DNA from: an uncultured Actinomycetes bacterium
Lineage (GTDB): Bacteria > Actinomycetota > Thermoleophilia > Solirubrobacterales > Solirubrobacteraceae
Length of the DNA stretch: 64,000 nt
Direction: 5' to 3'
Assembly: GCA_963757705.1 (NCBI GenBank)
Contig: CAVWTG010000005.1
Span: forward strand, 9,149 to 73,148
Within the stretch, counting starts at the first letter, position 1, and each line of letters starts with the position of its first letter. Made by a program: the position numbers and the translations under genes. The notes under the pieces were generated by a model. That model worked only from the letters and a program-made list of their open reading frames with translations. It was not told the DNA's origin and did no database searches. This document shows positions 18,634-28,334 of this stretch, piece by piece.

Positions 18634-19571
18634 GGGTCGCCTTCGACTCGCGCGGGGTCGTCGAGGCCCGGGGCGTCGGGCGCTACGTGAGCTGCCTGCT
18701 GGACGCGCTGCGCGCGACCGCGGGCCCGGGCCAGGACCTGGTGGAGACCCACCGGCCGCGCGGCGTGGACGTCTTCCACTCGCCGTGGATCGACGGCGCG
18801 CTGCTGCGCGCCCCCTGCCCGATGGTGGTCACGCTGCACGACCTGATCCCGCTCAAGCGCCGCGGCGAGTACCTGCGCACCGGCGTGCGCTTCAAGATGC
18901 GCTACCTGGCCGTCCGCCGCGCGGCCCGGCTGATCGTCCCCACGCGCGCCGTGGCCGACGACGCCGCCGAGCTCCTCAACTTCCCCGCCGAGCGCATCGA
19001 CGTCATCCCCGAGGCCGCGTCGGACACGTTCCGCCCCGCGCCCGCGTCGGTGGTGTCCGACGTGCGCGAGCGCTACGGCCTGCCCGACCGCTACCTGCTC
19101 TGGGTGGGCGGGCTCGAGCACCCCGACCCGCGCAAGCGCGTCGCCGCCCTGGCCGACGCGCCCCGCAGCCTGCCCCTCGTGCTCGTGGGCAAGCACCGGC
19201 GCTGGGCCTCCGAGCTCCCCGGCGTCCAGCTCACCGGGCTCGTGCCCGACGCCGACCTGGCCGCCATCTACACCGGCGCGCACGCGCTGGTGTTCCCCTC
19301 CGACGACGAGGGCTTCGGCCTGCCGCCGGTGGAGGCGCTGGCCTGCGGGACGCCGGTGGCGGTGTGCGACCTACCGGTCCTGCACGAGGTCCTGGGAGAT
19401 CGCGCCACCTATGTCGCACCCGACGACCTGCCCGGCCTCGTGGCCGCGGCCGAGGCGGCCACGCGGCCGGTGCCCGGGGGGCCGGAGTGGACCTGGGAGG
19501 ACGCCGCGCGCGCCACGTGGGAGGCCTACGAGCGCGCCCGCGGCTTTCACGGACCGGCCGCGCCGCGCTGA
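18630..19571 (+). CDS. Glycosyltransferase family 4
   Basis: GTG 18630 overlaps the upstream stop (GTGA). Translation is VRVAFDSRGVVEARGVGRYV...VVTLHDLIPL...YLLWVGGLEHPDPRKR...LVFPSDDEGFGLPPVEALACGTPV. Confidence 0.8.
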   Translation: MRVAFDSRGVVEARGVGRYVSCLLDALRATAGPGQDLVETHRPRGVDVFHSPWIDGALLRAPCPMVVTLHDLIPLKRRGEYLRTGVRFKMRYLAVRRAARLIVPTRAVADDAAELLNFPAERIDVIPEAASDTFRPAPASVVSDVRERYGLPDRYLLWVGGLEHPDPRKRVAALADAPRSLPLVLVGKHRRWASELPGVQLTGLVPDADLAAIYTGAHALVFPSDDEGFGLPPVEALACGTPVAVCDLPVLHEVLGDRATYVAPDDLPGLVAAAEAATRPVPGGPEWTWEDAARATWEAYERARGFHGPAAPR

Positions 19572-20710
19572 GCCGGCCCCGCGATCCGCTCGCGCACGCG
19601 CTCGAACGTCGTCAGGGCCTGCGCGGTGACCTGGTCCATGTTGAGGTACTGGTAGCGGGCCAGGCGCCCGACGAAGGTGACGTCGGGATCGCGCGCCGCC
19701 AGGTCGGTGTAGCGGTGGTAGAGATCGCGGTTCTCGGGGGCCGGGACGGGATAGAACGGCTCGCCCTCGTCGCAGGGCAGCTCGCGCGAGATCGGGGACG
19801 CCTGCCCCGGTTGATCGGCGAGGTGGAGGTACTCGACCGTGCGCATGTACGGCACGGCCTCGTCGGGGAAGTTCACCTGCATGACCGGCTGCACCGGCTC
19901 GCCGCCCGGCGTCGGCACGCGCTCCCACTCGAAGCGCAGGCTGCGGTAGGGCAGCGGCCCGAAGGCGTGGTCGTAGAAGTCGTCGATCGGGCCGGTCCAG
20001 ACCAGATGCCCGAAGGAGACCGAGTCGCGCACGTCGTCGAAGCTCGTGGAGAGCGCGACGTCGATCAGCGGGTGGTCGAGCATCCGCTCGAACATCGCCG
20101 TGTAGCCGTCGGCGGGCAGCGCCTGGTGGGAGTCGGTGAAGTAGCGGTCGTCGCGATTCGTGCGGGTGGGGATCCGGCCGGTCACCGAGGCCGCCAGCTC
20201 GGAGGGGTCGCGGTTCCACAGCTTGCGCGTGTAGCCGCGGAAGAACATCTCGTAGAGCTCGCGCCCCACTCGGGCGACGACCGCGTCCTCGGCCGTGCGC
20301 ACCTCGGCCGGCGGCTCGGCGCGGGCCGCGAGGAACTCCTCCATGCCCGCCGAGTCCAGCGACAGTCCGTAGAGCCGGTTGACGGTGTCGAGGTTGATCG
20401 GGATCGGCACGAGCTGCCCGTCCACGCTGGCCAGGACGCGATGCTCGTAGGGCCGCCAGGCGGTGAACTGCGAGAGGTACTCGACGACGGTCGCGGCGTT
20501 GGTGTGGAACAGGTGGGGCCCGTGGTCGTGGATGCGGACCCCGGTGGCCTCGTCGATGCGGTCGTGGGCGTTGCCGGCGACGTGGGGGCGGCGGTCAACC
20601 ACCAGGACCCGCAGGCCGAGCTGCGAGGCCGCGCGCTCGGCCATGATCGAACCGGCGAAGCCGGCGCCCACGACGAGCAGGTCGTAGGCGTCGTCGGGGG
20701 CCGGGGTCAC
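19547..20710 (-). CDS. glf: UDP-galactopyranose mutase
   Basis: ORF-track 387 aa. An FAD-binding N-terminus (YDLLVVGAGFAGSIMAERAA...VLVVDRRPHVAGNAHD) is followed by HGPHLFHTN, YTRKLWN, FRGYT and RLARYQYLNMDQV, which are characteristic of Glf. Confidence 0.92.
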   Translation of the reverse strand: MTPAPDDAYDLLVVGAGFAGSIMAERAASQLGLRVLVVDRRPHVAGNAHDRIDEATGVRIHDHGPHLFHTNAATVVEYLSQFTAWRPYEHRVLASVDGQLVPIPINLDTVNRLYGLSLDSAGMEEFLAARAEPPAEVRTAEDAVVARVGRELYEMFFRGYTRKLWNRDPSELAASVTGRIPTRTNRDDRYFTDSHQALPADGYTAMFERMLDHPLIDVALSTSFDDVRDSVSFGHLVWTGPIDDFYDHAFGPLPYRSLRFEWERVPTPGGEPVQPVMQVNFPDEAVPYMRTVEYLHLADQPGQASPISRELPCDEGEPFYPVPAPENRDLYHRYTDLAARDPDVTFVGRLARYQYLNMDQVTAQALTTFERVRERIAGPAQRGAAGP

Positions 20711-20714
20711 CCGC

Positions 20715-21674
20715 TCAGGATACGGGCGCGACGGTCAGCCCGAAGGGCACGCGCGCCGCGCGCCGCGCGGCCTGGATGCGCGCGCGCCGCCGCCGCGCGG
20801 CGGGCACCCGGCGCCACGCCTCGGCGTAGGCGCCGAGCAGCTCGCGCTCGCGCAGCAGCGCGTGGCCGAGGGCCAGGACCTCGTAGGCGGCGACGTGATG
20901 GAGGTCGCGCGCCAGCTCGCGGGCGGAGTCGTTCTTGACCATCATCAGGTAGCGGTTGCGGAACTGCAGGCGCCGGTCGGCGGGGCCCATCGCGTCGCGG
21001 GTCGAGGGGCTGTAGGTCCGGATGTGGTGGACGAGCGCCGCCGGCTCGTAGACGCTGCGCCAGCCCAGGACCCGCGCGCGCCAGGCCACGTCGGCGTCCG
21101 AGGCCCAGCGCTCGAGGTCGGGATCGAAGACCTCCCCGGCCACCGCGCAGGCCTCCAGGGTCTCGCGCCGGTACAGGGCGGCCGCGCCGTCGGCGCCGAA
21201 CACCTCGCCGCCCCGCGTCCAGCGCCCGGCCGGCGTGCCGTGGCCGACCAGGCCGTTCTTGCGCCGGCGGTCGACCACCATGCCCGCCGTGTCCAGCGCC
21301 GTCGTGCGCTGCGCCGGGTCCGGGCCGAGCGTGCGCACGAGCTGGGGGGCGACCGAGCCCACGCCCGGACGCCCGAGTGCCGAGCGGGCGAAGGCCAGAT
21401 ACCCGGGAGCGACGAACGTGTCGGCCTGAAGCAGGGCGACGGCGTCGCCCTGACAGGCGGCCAGGCCCGCGTTCATGGCCTCGCAGTAGGAGACGCGGCG
21501 CTCGAGGGCCACAACGCGCGCGCCCTGCTCGCCCGCCACCACCGCCGTCTCGTCGGACGAGGCGTTGTCGACCACCACGAGCTCGTCGGGGTCCTCGGCG
21601 GCGGCCGCGGCCAGCGCGGCGCGCAGCAGCGGCGCCTCGTCGGTGGAGAGGATGAGGAACGAGGCGCGCATCAC
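20715..21674 (-). CDS. Glycosyltransferase family 2 (next to glf, so a candidate galactofuranosyl- or rhamnosyl-type transferase)
   Basis: ORF-track 319 aa: LVVVDNASSDET...LLQADTFVAPGYL...GADGAAALYRRETL...DADVAWRARVLGW. Confidence 0.8.
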   Translation of the reverse strand: MMRASFLILSTDEAPLLRAALAAAAAEDPDELVVVDNASSDETAVVAGEQGARVVALERRVSYCEAMNAGLAACQGDAVALLQADTFVAPGYLAFARSALGRPGVGSVAPQLVRTLGPDPAQRTTALDTAGMVVDRRRKNGLVGHGTPAGRWTRGGEVFGADGAAALYRRETLEACAVAGEVFDPDLERWASDADVAWRARVLGWRSVYEPAALVHHIRTYSPSTRDAMGPADRRLQFRNRYLMMVKNDSARELARDLHHVAAYEVLALGHALLRERELLGAYAEAWRRVPAARRRRARIQAARRAARVPFGLTVAPVS

Positions 21675-22755
21675 AGCAGCTCGCGGTAGACGGCCTCGGT
21701 CGCCCGGGCGGTGGCCGCCCAGCTGCGCTGCCCCGCCCGCTCGCGCCCGCGGGCGACCAGGTCATCGCGCCGGGCCGGGTCGTGCAGAACCTCGCGCAGC
21801 GCGGCGGCGAGCCCCTCGCGGTCGTGCGGGTCGAACAGGAGCGCCGCGCCGCCCGCGGTCTCCGGCAGGGCCCCCGCGTCCGCCAGCACGGCCGGGCAGC
21901 CCCGGGCCATCGCCTCGATGGCGATCATGCCGAACCCCTCGTACAGGCCGGGATGGGCGAGCGCTCCCGCCCCCCGCAGGAGCGCGTCGACCGCGGCGTC
22001 CGAGACGAAGCCCGCCAGCTCCAGCGGCTCGTCCCCGGCCAGCTCGCGCAGCCGCGCGCCCTCGCCGAAGTCGCGCCCGGCCAGGATCAGCCGGTGCTCG
22101 AGGCCCTCCGCGCGCAGGTCGCGCCACGCCTCCACCAGCACGCCGAGGTTCTTCTTCGGGCGCAGGTCGCCCACGGCGACGATGTAGGGGCCGGCGAGGC
22201 GGCGCGCCGTCGCCGGGCGGCAGCGCCGGCGCCAGCGGCACCACCCGGATGCGCTCGGGGTCGGTGCCGTAGCGCTCGCAGACGTCGTCGCGGGTGAAGT
22301 GCGAGTCGCAGACGATCCGCTCGGCCGAGGCGACCGCCCGGCGCGTGAACGTGCCGGTACTTCCAGCCCGTCCGTCGCGAGAAGTCGTGGGGGAAGACCT
22401 CGAAGGCCAGGTCGTGCACCGTCACGACGCCCGGGCACGGCCGGCGCAGCGGCAGAAAGCAGTTGGGCGTGTGCACGAGCGCCGGGCGCCGGCGGCGCAG
22501 CTCCCGGGGCAGGGCGACCTGCTCGAAGAGCAGCTCGGGGCCGCGGCCGCCCCGCTCGACGAACCAGTAGCTCAGCCCGTCGCCGGGCTGCGCGGCCAGC
22601 GCGCCGGCGAGGTGGCGGGCATAGATCCCCGACCCATGCGGCATGGGGACGTGGGCGTCGCGGGCGTCGAAGGCGACCAGGGGCACGGCGCCGGAGCCTA
22701 GAGCGAGCCCCCGCCGGGCGGAGGTGCCGCGAGCCGTCAGGCGAGGGCGTAGCAT
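21671..22755 (-). pseudogene. Glycosyltransferase family 4, at least two frameshifts
   Basis: The N-terminal part (VPLVAFDARDAHVPMPHGSGIYARHL...VVTVHDLAFEVFPHDF) is in track ORF 22087..23139. The middle (RVVPLAPALPPGDG) is in 21762..22244. The C-terminal part (YIVAVGDLRPKKNLGVLVEAW...HPGLYEGFGMIAIEAMARGCPAVLA) is in 21671..22810. The length of 1085 nt is not a multiple of 3. Confidence 0.75.
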
Positions 22756-23646
22756 GGGCGCCCCGACCCCAGGCCCCCGCCTCACCGGACCGCCCCAGCC
22801 GCTGATGCACGACTCACCCCAGCACGCCGTCGCCGACGCGACCGGCCCCGAGCTGCTCCCGCCCGCGCTCACCGCGCTGCAGGGCGACGGGCGCCTGGCC
22901 TCGCGCGTGTTCGGGATCCCGATCGAGCTGGCCCGTCCGGCGGAGATGCTGCGCACGATCACGAGTTGGGTGGGGTCCGGCACGCCCCATCGCGTCATGT
23001 ACGTCAACGCCCACGTGGTCAACCAGTCGCAGGGGCAACCCCGAGCTGCGCGAGGCGCTCGCGGCGGCCGACCTCGTCTACTGCGACGGCTACGGCGTGC
23101 GCCTCGCCGCGCGGGCGCTCGAGGTCTCGATGCCCGCACCGCATGACGGGCGCCGACTGGGTGTGGGGGCTGGCGGCCCTGTGCGAGGCCGGCGGCAGCT
23201 CCGCTCTACCTCCTCGGCTCCGAGCCGCCGATCGCCCGCCGAGCGCGGCCGAGCGGCTGACCCGCTGGTACCCGAGCTGCGGATCGCGGGCACCCACCAC
23301 GGCTACTTCGAGCTCGACTCCCCGCACGACGAGCGCGTCGTCGAGGACATCAACCGCTGCGACCGGCCGGACATCGTCCTCGTCGGCATGGGCACCCCCA
23401 AGCAGGAGCTGTGGGTCCAGCGCTACGCGCGACCGGCTCGACGCCGACGTCCTGTGGACGGTCGGCGCGCTGTTCGACTACGTCTCCGGGCGCGTCGCCG
23501 CGCGCACCGCGGCTGGTTGGCGGACAATGGGCCTGGAATGGATCTTCCGACTGGCGATCGAGCCGCACCGGATGTGGCGCCGCTACCTGCTGGGCAACCC
23601 GGTCTTCCTGTCGCGGGTGATGAGCGAGCGCAACCGCCAGGCTTGA
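22754..23646 (+). pseudogene. WecB/TagA/CpsF-family (GT26) glycosyltransferase, heavily frameshifted
   Basis: Family-typical pieces alternate between all three frames: VFGIPIELARPAEMLRTI...HRVMYVNAHVVNQS / PELREALAAADLVYCDGYGVRLAARAL / RMTGADWVWGLAALCEAGG / LYLLGSEPPIA / AAERLTRWYP / ELRIAGTHHGYF...PDIVLVGMGTPKQELWVQRY / DVLWTVGALFDYVSGRV / LEWIFRLAIEPHRMWRRYLLGNPVFL. Confidence 0.75.
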
Positions 23647-25553
23647 GCGCGACGCGCTCCCGCGGGTGGCTCGTGGCGGCGGCCGGGCTCGGCCTGGTCG
23701 CGCTGGTCGTCTGGGAGCATCACGAGTTCAGCGCCGGCGCCTCGCGGGCCGTGGGCGACGCCCTGCGCGGCGCCCTGGCGTGCGGAGTCCTCTACGGCCT
23801 CACCGGCTACGCCGCCGCGCGCCTGCTCGTGCCCGACCGGCTGCGGCCCCACGCGCTGCTGCTCGCGTTCCCCCTGGGCGCGGCCCTGTCGGCGATCGCC
23901 CTGGCGGCGCTGGGCCTCGTGCACGTTCCCTTCGGCGTCTCCCTGCCCCTCGTGCTGGCCGCCGGGGCGATCGCCGCCGTGGCCGTCCGCGTCCGCCGGG
24001 GACCGTGGTCCGGGGCCGCCGCCGGCGCGGCCGGGCCGGCCTACGTGGCGATCGTCGTGGCCGTCGTCGCCCTCTCGCCGGTGTGGCGGACCGGCTTCGC
24101 CACGGTGGTCGGGCAGAACGGGGACGTCGTGCTGGCGGTGGGGAGCGCGCAGCTGGTCAAGGAGGCCCCGCCCACGGCCGTTCGCCCCGAGCTCCCGATC
24201 GACCGCATCCCGCTCGTGTGGCGCTCGAAGTACCCGATCTTCTACTCGCTGGCCGCGGTGTCGCGCCTGTCGGGGCTCGACGTGGTGGCCGCGTTCCCCC
24301 TGGTCGCCGCCGCGCTGCTGGCCATGGCGGCCTTCGGCTTCTTCCTCTTCGCTCGCTACGCCATGCGCGCCCCGCCGCTGGTGGCGCTGGCGGCGATGGC
24401 CGCGACGGGGCTCAGCCGGGTGCCCCTGCACCTGGCCGACCATCCCTACTACAACGAGCTGTGGGCGCTGTTCGCCCTGCCGTTCATCCTGGTCGCCGGC
24501 CTGGCCTTCCTGCGCGAGCCCACCGGGCGGACGCTGGCCCTGCTGGCGACGTTCGCCGCGATCGGGGCCTTCGCCTACCCGCTGATGCTGCCCATCCCGC
24601 TGCTCTTCCTGGCCGTGGCGACCTGGCGCGCGCGGCGCGGGCTGCGGCGGTTCGTCCGGCGCCCGGGCGGGCCGGCCTGGGTGTGGATTCCCGGCGCGGT
24701 GATCGGCCTCGCCGTGCTGGCGGTCCTGGTGCGTGGGGTGGCAGAGAAGGGAGCGTCGGCCGCCGTCGCGCTGTCTCCGTGGGGCGACCTCACGGCCTGG
24801 AGCGGCTCGGGCCTGCCCCACCTGCCCTTCCAGCGCGGGCTGGGCCTGCTCGACCCGGGCGGGGTGGTGCTGGTGTCGCTCCTGCTCGCCCTCGTGGCCG
24901 GCGCCGCCGCCTGGGGGCTGTGGCGCGCGCCGCGCGAGGCGAGCGTGCCCCTGGCCATCACCCTCGTCCTCGGACTCGGGTTCGCCGTCTACTTCAACCA
25001 CCGTGCCCAGGCCGAGCTCTTCTACTTCAAGACCCTCGGCCTGATCGGCCCCCTGGTCGTGGTCGCGGCCGTCCTGGGCCTGGGCGACCTGGTGCGCCGG
25101 CGGCCACCGGTGGCGGTGGCGGCCGGGATCGCCATCACGATCCTCGTGGTCACGGCCGCGACCAGCACCCGCCGCGAGCTGCGGGGGACCAACGACTACG
25201 CCTCCACCGGCGTGCTCGAGATCCGCGATTGGGCCCACTCCCTCCCGCCCGGCGCCAGCGTGCGAATCGACATCCCGCCCAGCGGCTACCAGCTGTGGGC
25301 GGACTACATGCTCTCCCCGCGCCGCGTATGCGCGCTGAACCCGCTGGTGGGCTTCTTCCCCTACGCCGTGCCCGGCCGCAAGGCCGACTACGCGCTCACG
25401 CTCACCGAGCAGGGCCGCCCGCGTGACGCCGCCGGCACCCCGGTCCTGGCCAGCCCGCAGTTCGCGCTGTGGAGGCTGCGGGCGAACGTGCCCGGCCCCG
25501 ACGTCTGCTCGCCCCGGATGATCGACTCGATCACCCAGGTGAACATCGCGTAG
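23643..25553 (+). CDS. Large polytopic membrane protein (possible GT-C-type glycosyltransferase or polymerase; function unknown)
   Basis: A TTG at 23643 overlaps the upstream stop (TTGA), but the start is uncertain. About 14 hydrophobic spans are followed by a soluble C-terminal domain (TNDYASTGVLEIRDWAHSLPPGASVRIDIPPSGYQLWADYML). It is the last part of track ORF 23097..25553. Confidence 0.55.
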   Translation: MSATRSRGWLVAAAGLGLVALVVWEHHEFSAGASRAVGDALRGALACGVLYGLTGYAAARLLVPDRLRPHALLLAFPLGAALSAIALAALGLVHVPFGVSLPLVLAAGAIAAVAVRVRRGPWSGAAAGAAGPAYVAIVVAVVALSPVWRTGFATVVGQNGDVVLAVGSAQLVKEAPPTAVRPELPIDRIPLVWRSKYPIFYSLAAVSRLSGLDVVAAFPLVAAALLAMAAFGFFLFARYAMRAPPLVALAAMAATGLSRVPLHLADHPYYNELWALFALPFILVAGLAFLREPTGRTLALLATFAAIGAFAYPLMLPIPLLFLAVATWRARRGLRRFVRRPGGPAWVWIPGAVIGLAVLAVLVRGVAEKGASAAVALSPWGDLTAWSGSGLPHLPFQRGLGLLDPGGVVLVSLLLALVAGAAAWGLWRAPREASVPLAITLVLGLGFAVYFNHRAQAELFYFKTLGLIGPLVVVAAVLGLGDLVRRRPPVAVAAGIAITILVVTAATSTRRELRGTNDYASTGVLEIRDWAHSLPPGASVRIDIPPSGYQLWADYMLSPRRVCALNPLVGFFPYAVPGRKADYALTLTEQGRPRDAAGTPVLASPQFALWRLRANVPGPDVCSPRMIDSITQVNIA

Positions 25554-25591
25554 CCGCAAGCGAAGACCGACCGGACCCGGCTACGGGGATA

Positions 25592-25627
25592 TAACAGAAA
25601 GACTGTTAGAATCACGCGAACTAACAG
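25592..25627. promoter_or_regulatory. Candidate operator: palindrome TAACAG-N5-CTGTTA plus a third TAACAG half-site
   Basis: TAACAGAAAGACTGTTA lies at 25592-25608, with another TAACAG at 25622-25627. Both sit in an AT-richer gap just upstream of ATG 25638. Confidence 0.3.
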
Positions 25628-25637
25628 CTTGACCTTT

Positions 25638-26859
25638 ATGACTCCATCTTTGGGAAAGAACCCCTACCGCCCGGGGGTGGGCACGCGTCCGCTTTACCTG
25701 GCCGGCCGCGATCAGCCACTGAAGAGGTTCCGGGCGATGTTGCGCGCGGCCCCAGAACAGCCAGCGAACATGCGTCTCACTGGCTTGCGCGGTGTCGGAA
25801 AGACGGTCCTCCTAGGCGAGTTCGAGAGAGTCGCGAAGGAGGGAGATTGGGCCAGCGGCTTCCTTGAAATCCAGCCTGGCTACAACACCAATGAGACACT
25901 CGTCGAAGCCCTCACGGTGACCCTGGCGACAGTGCGCGAGCGCCTCTCGCGAATGGAGCGGCTGAGAAAGGCGGTGGGCAACGCCGCGCGTCAGGCGGGC
26001 ACACTCGGCATAGCCTGGGGCGACTTTGCTCTCACCTACCAGCCGTTCGCGGACACGGGACGCGAGGACTTCGCAAAGGCGCTCTTCGAGGCTGTCGAGA
26101 TGGCGGTCGAGAAGGGGCACGACGGGTTTGTTCTTCTTCTCGACGAAGCCCAAGTCCTACGCGATGAGCACACTCGGCGCACTGGTGAGCACCCGCTCTC
26201 GCTCCTCATTTCGGCCATTGTCGCGCTACAGAAAGCCGAGTTGCCGTTGGGGCTTGTCTTGTGCGGTCTCCCCACTCTCACCGGCAACCTGTTGCGCGCT
26301 CGCTCTTATACGCGAGCGAATGTTTCGCGGCGAAGAGATCGGTCGACTAGGCGCCGATGAGGCGCGGGAAGCGTTCGTCCAGCCGCCTCGAGAAATCGAA
26401 TCGTCGGTCCAAATCGACGACGCCTTGGTACAGACGATCATCGAGGAGGTTGAAGGCTATCCCTACTTCATTCAGCTTTGGGGTGCAGAACTATGGGATG
26501 CCGCCGTGGAGGCACCAACCGTCTGCCTCAATGAGGCACTGCTCGACGCCGTTCGCCCCGACATCTATCGTCGGCTGGATCTTGATTTTTACGAGCCGCG
26601 CGTATCGACCCTGACGCCAGCAGAGCAGGATGTCCTGCTCGCGAGCGCCGACTGCGACTACCCGCCTCTAGTCGTGTCCGACCTCAACGACGCCAGCAGC
26701 AAGAGTCCGGCGAACGTCAACGTGCTTCTTGGCCGCCTCGTGGAAAGCGGCGTGCTGTACAGAATCCGCAAGGGCCAGTACGAGTACACCGCGCCCAAGT
26801 TCCGGGACTATCTCCTGAGACGCACGAGTAGCGGTGAGAGCGACCAGAGACTGTTCTAG
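25638..26859 (+). pseudogene. STAND/AAA-type ATP-binding protein with C-terminal winged-helix-like domain, one frameshift
   Basis: Translation is MTPSLGKNPYRPGVGTRPLYLAGRDQPLKRF...LTGLRGVGKTVLLGEF (Walker A)...FVLLLDEAQVL (Walker B). The frame changes near 26305-26312 (RARSY / RERMFRGEEIGRL). It continues in track ORF 26026..26859 to ...LLGRLVESGVLYRIRKGQYEYTAPKFRDYLL. G+C is visibly lower than in the flanks. Confidence 0.65.
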
Positions 26860-26892
26860 GTGCGTGATCCGTCGTGGGCGCCCGCTGAACCG

Positions 26893-27963
26893 TCACCCCA
26901 GCGCGGCCTCGACGACCGAGCGCACCGCGGCCTCGGTGCGCTCCGGAGCGAAGGCCTCCAGCCGCCGCCGCCCGCGCTGCGCCAGCTCCGCGCGCAGCGG
27001 CCCCGACGTCGCGCACACCTCGATCGCCTCGGAGACCGTCGGCAGGTCGGGGTCGTCGAGCAGCACGCCCGCGTCGCCCAGCACCTCGGGGACGGCCGCG
27101 TCACGGCGGGCCACGACCGGGAGCCCGAAGTGCATCGCCTCGAGCAGGGGGATGCAGAAGCCCTCGTGCTCGGACAGGCAGCAGAAGACGTCCGCCTTCG
27201 CGTAGAGCGCGTTGAGCTGCGGCTGCGGGAGCGCGCCCGGCAGCACGACGTCCCTCGCCCCGGCCTCGACGGACAGGCGCGCCAGATAGGAGCCGTAGGT
27301 CCCGCTCCCGGGGCTGCCGGGAAGCACGAGGCGGGCGTTCGGCGTCGCACTCGCGCTGGTGCAGCGCGAGGGCCTTGATGAGCCGGTCCTGGCGCTTGTT
27401 GTGCGACAGGCGCCCGACGAAGACGATCGTGCGCCGCCCATCGCCCGCCCAGGGCGTCTCGTCCCGGCCCCCGGCTCCAGGCGCGCGCGTTCGAACAGGT
27501 AGATGGCCGGCTCCACGCGTACGCCGGCGAACCCGGCCTCGTGCAGGTCGAGCGCGCTGAAGGCGGACGGCGCGACGGCGGCGTCCACCCGCCCGGCGTA
27601 GCGGCCGAGCCGCTCGCGGCCCAGCGCGCACAGCATCGCCACGTAGGGCTCGTGGTCCCAGAGGTACCGGGCGGGCGTGATGTTGTGGTAGACGAGCAGC
27701 TTGCGGTTGGGCAGCGCCGCGGCCTCGTCGAGCGCCGCGGCGTGGGCCGAGTAGTGGATGACGATCAGGTCGTCGGCGCGCACCCGCCCGGCGAGCGTCT
27801 CGGCGGGGCGGACCGCGTCGCCGAGCTGCGGGTCGAAGGTGGCGGCGTAGACGTCACCCCCATGCCCGGCCGCCGCCAGGATGCGCTGCCAGGCCAGCGC
27901 CTGGTTGGTCACGGCGTCATAGGGCCCGGCTCCGCTGAGGAGCTGCTGGACGCGCGACGTCAT
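26893..27963 (-). pseudogene. Glycosyltransferase family 4 with an internally re-phased segment (naive ORF stays open)
   Basis: The 356-aa track ORF contains a junk stretch (GTRRPGRAMGGARSSSSGACRTTSARTGSS...). The conserved equivalent (TPWAGDGRRTIVFVGRLSHNKRQDRLIKALALH) is in another frame (track ORF 27101..27631). The C-terminus returns to frame (FCCLSEHEGFCIPLLEAMHFGLPVVA). Confidence 0.6.
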
Positions 27964-28334
27964 TCGCGCTCGAGCTCGCGCAGCCGGCGCTCGAGGCGCT
28001 CGACGCGGTCCTCGAGTGCCGCCACGTAGCCGAGCAGGTGCACGTTGAACCGGGTCACCTGGGCCTGCTCCTCATTGTGGTACTGGCGCAGCATGCGCAC
28101 GAGGAAGAGCTTGAGGCGTGTGATCGGCGCGCCGGCGCGCCGGGTCGAGCGCACGTTCGCGGTGCCCACGTCGATCACCGCCCAGTCGCTGAGGCGGTCG
28201 AGCGCCGGGCGCTCGTCGGCCAGCGCCTCCAGGCGCTCGGCGTCGGAGTAGTCGCCGCTCGCCACCCGCTCGCGGGCGCGCTCGCGAGCGACCGCGGCCG
28301 CCTCCTCGGGAGTTCGCGGCTCGGGGGCGGGCAC
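27960..28334 (-). CDS. Hypothetical protein with C-terminal coiled coil
   Basis: ORF-track 124 aa with good third-position G/C bias. It ends ...ALEDRVERLERRLRELERE, and its stop overlaps the start of the downstream GT4 gene. Confidence 0.55.
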   Translation of the reverse strand: MPAPEPRTPEEAAAVARERARERVASGDYSDAERLEALADERPALDRLSDWAVIDVGTANVRSTRRAGAPITRLKLFLVRMLRQYHNEEQAQVTRFNVHLLGYVAALEDRVERLERRLRELERE

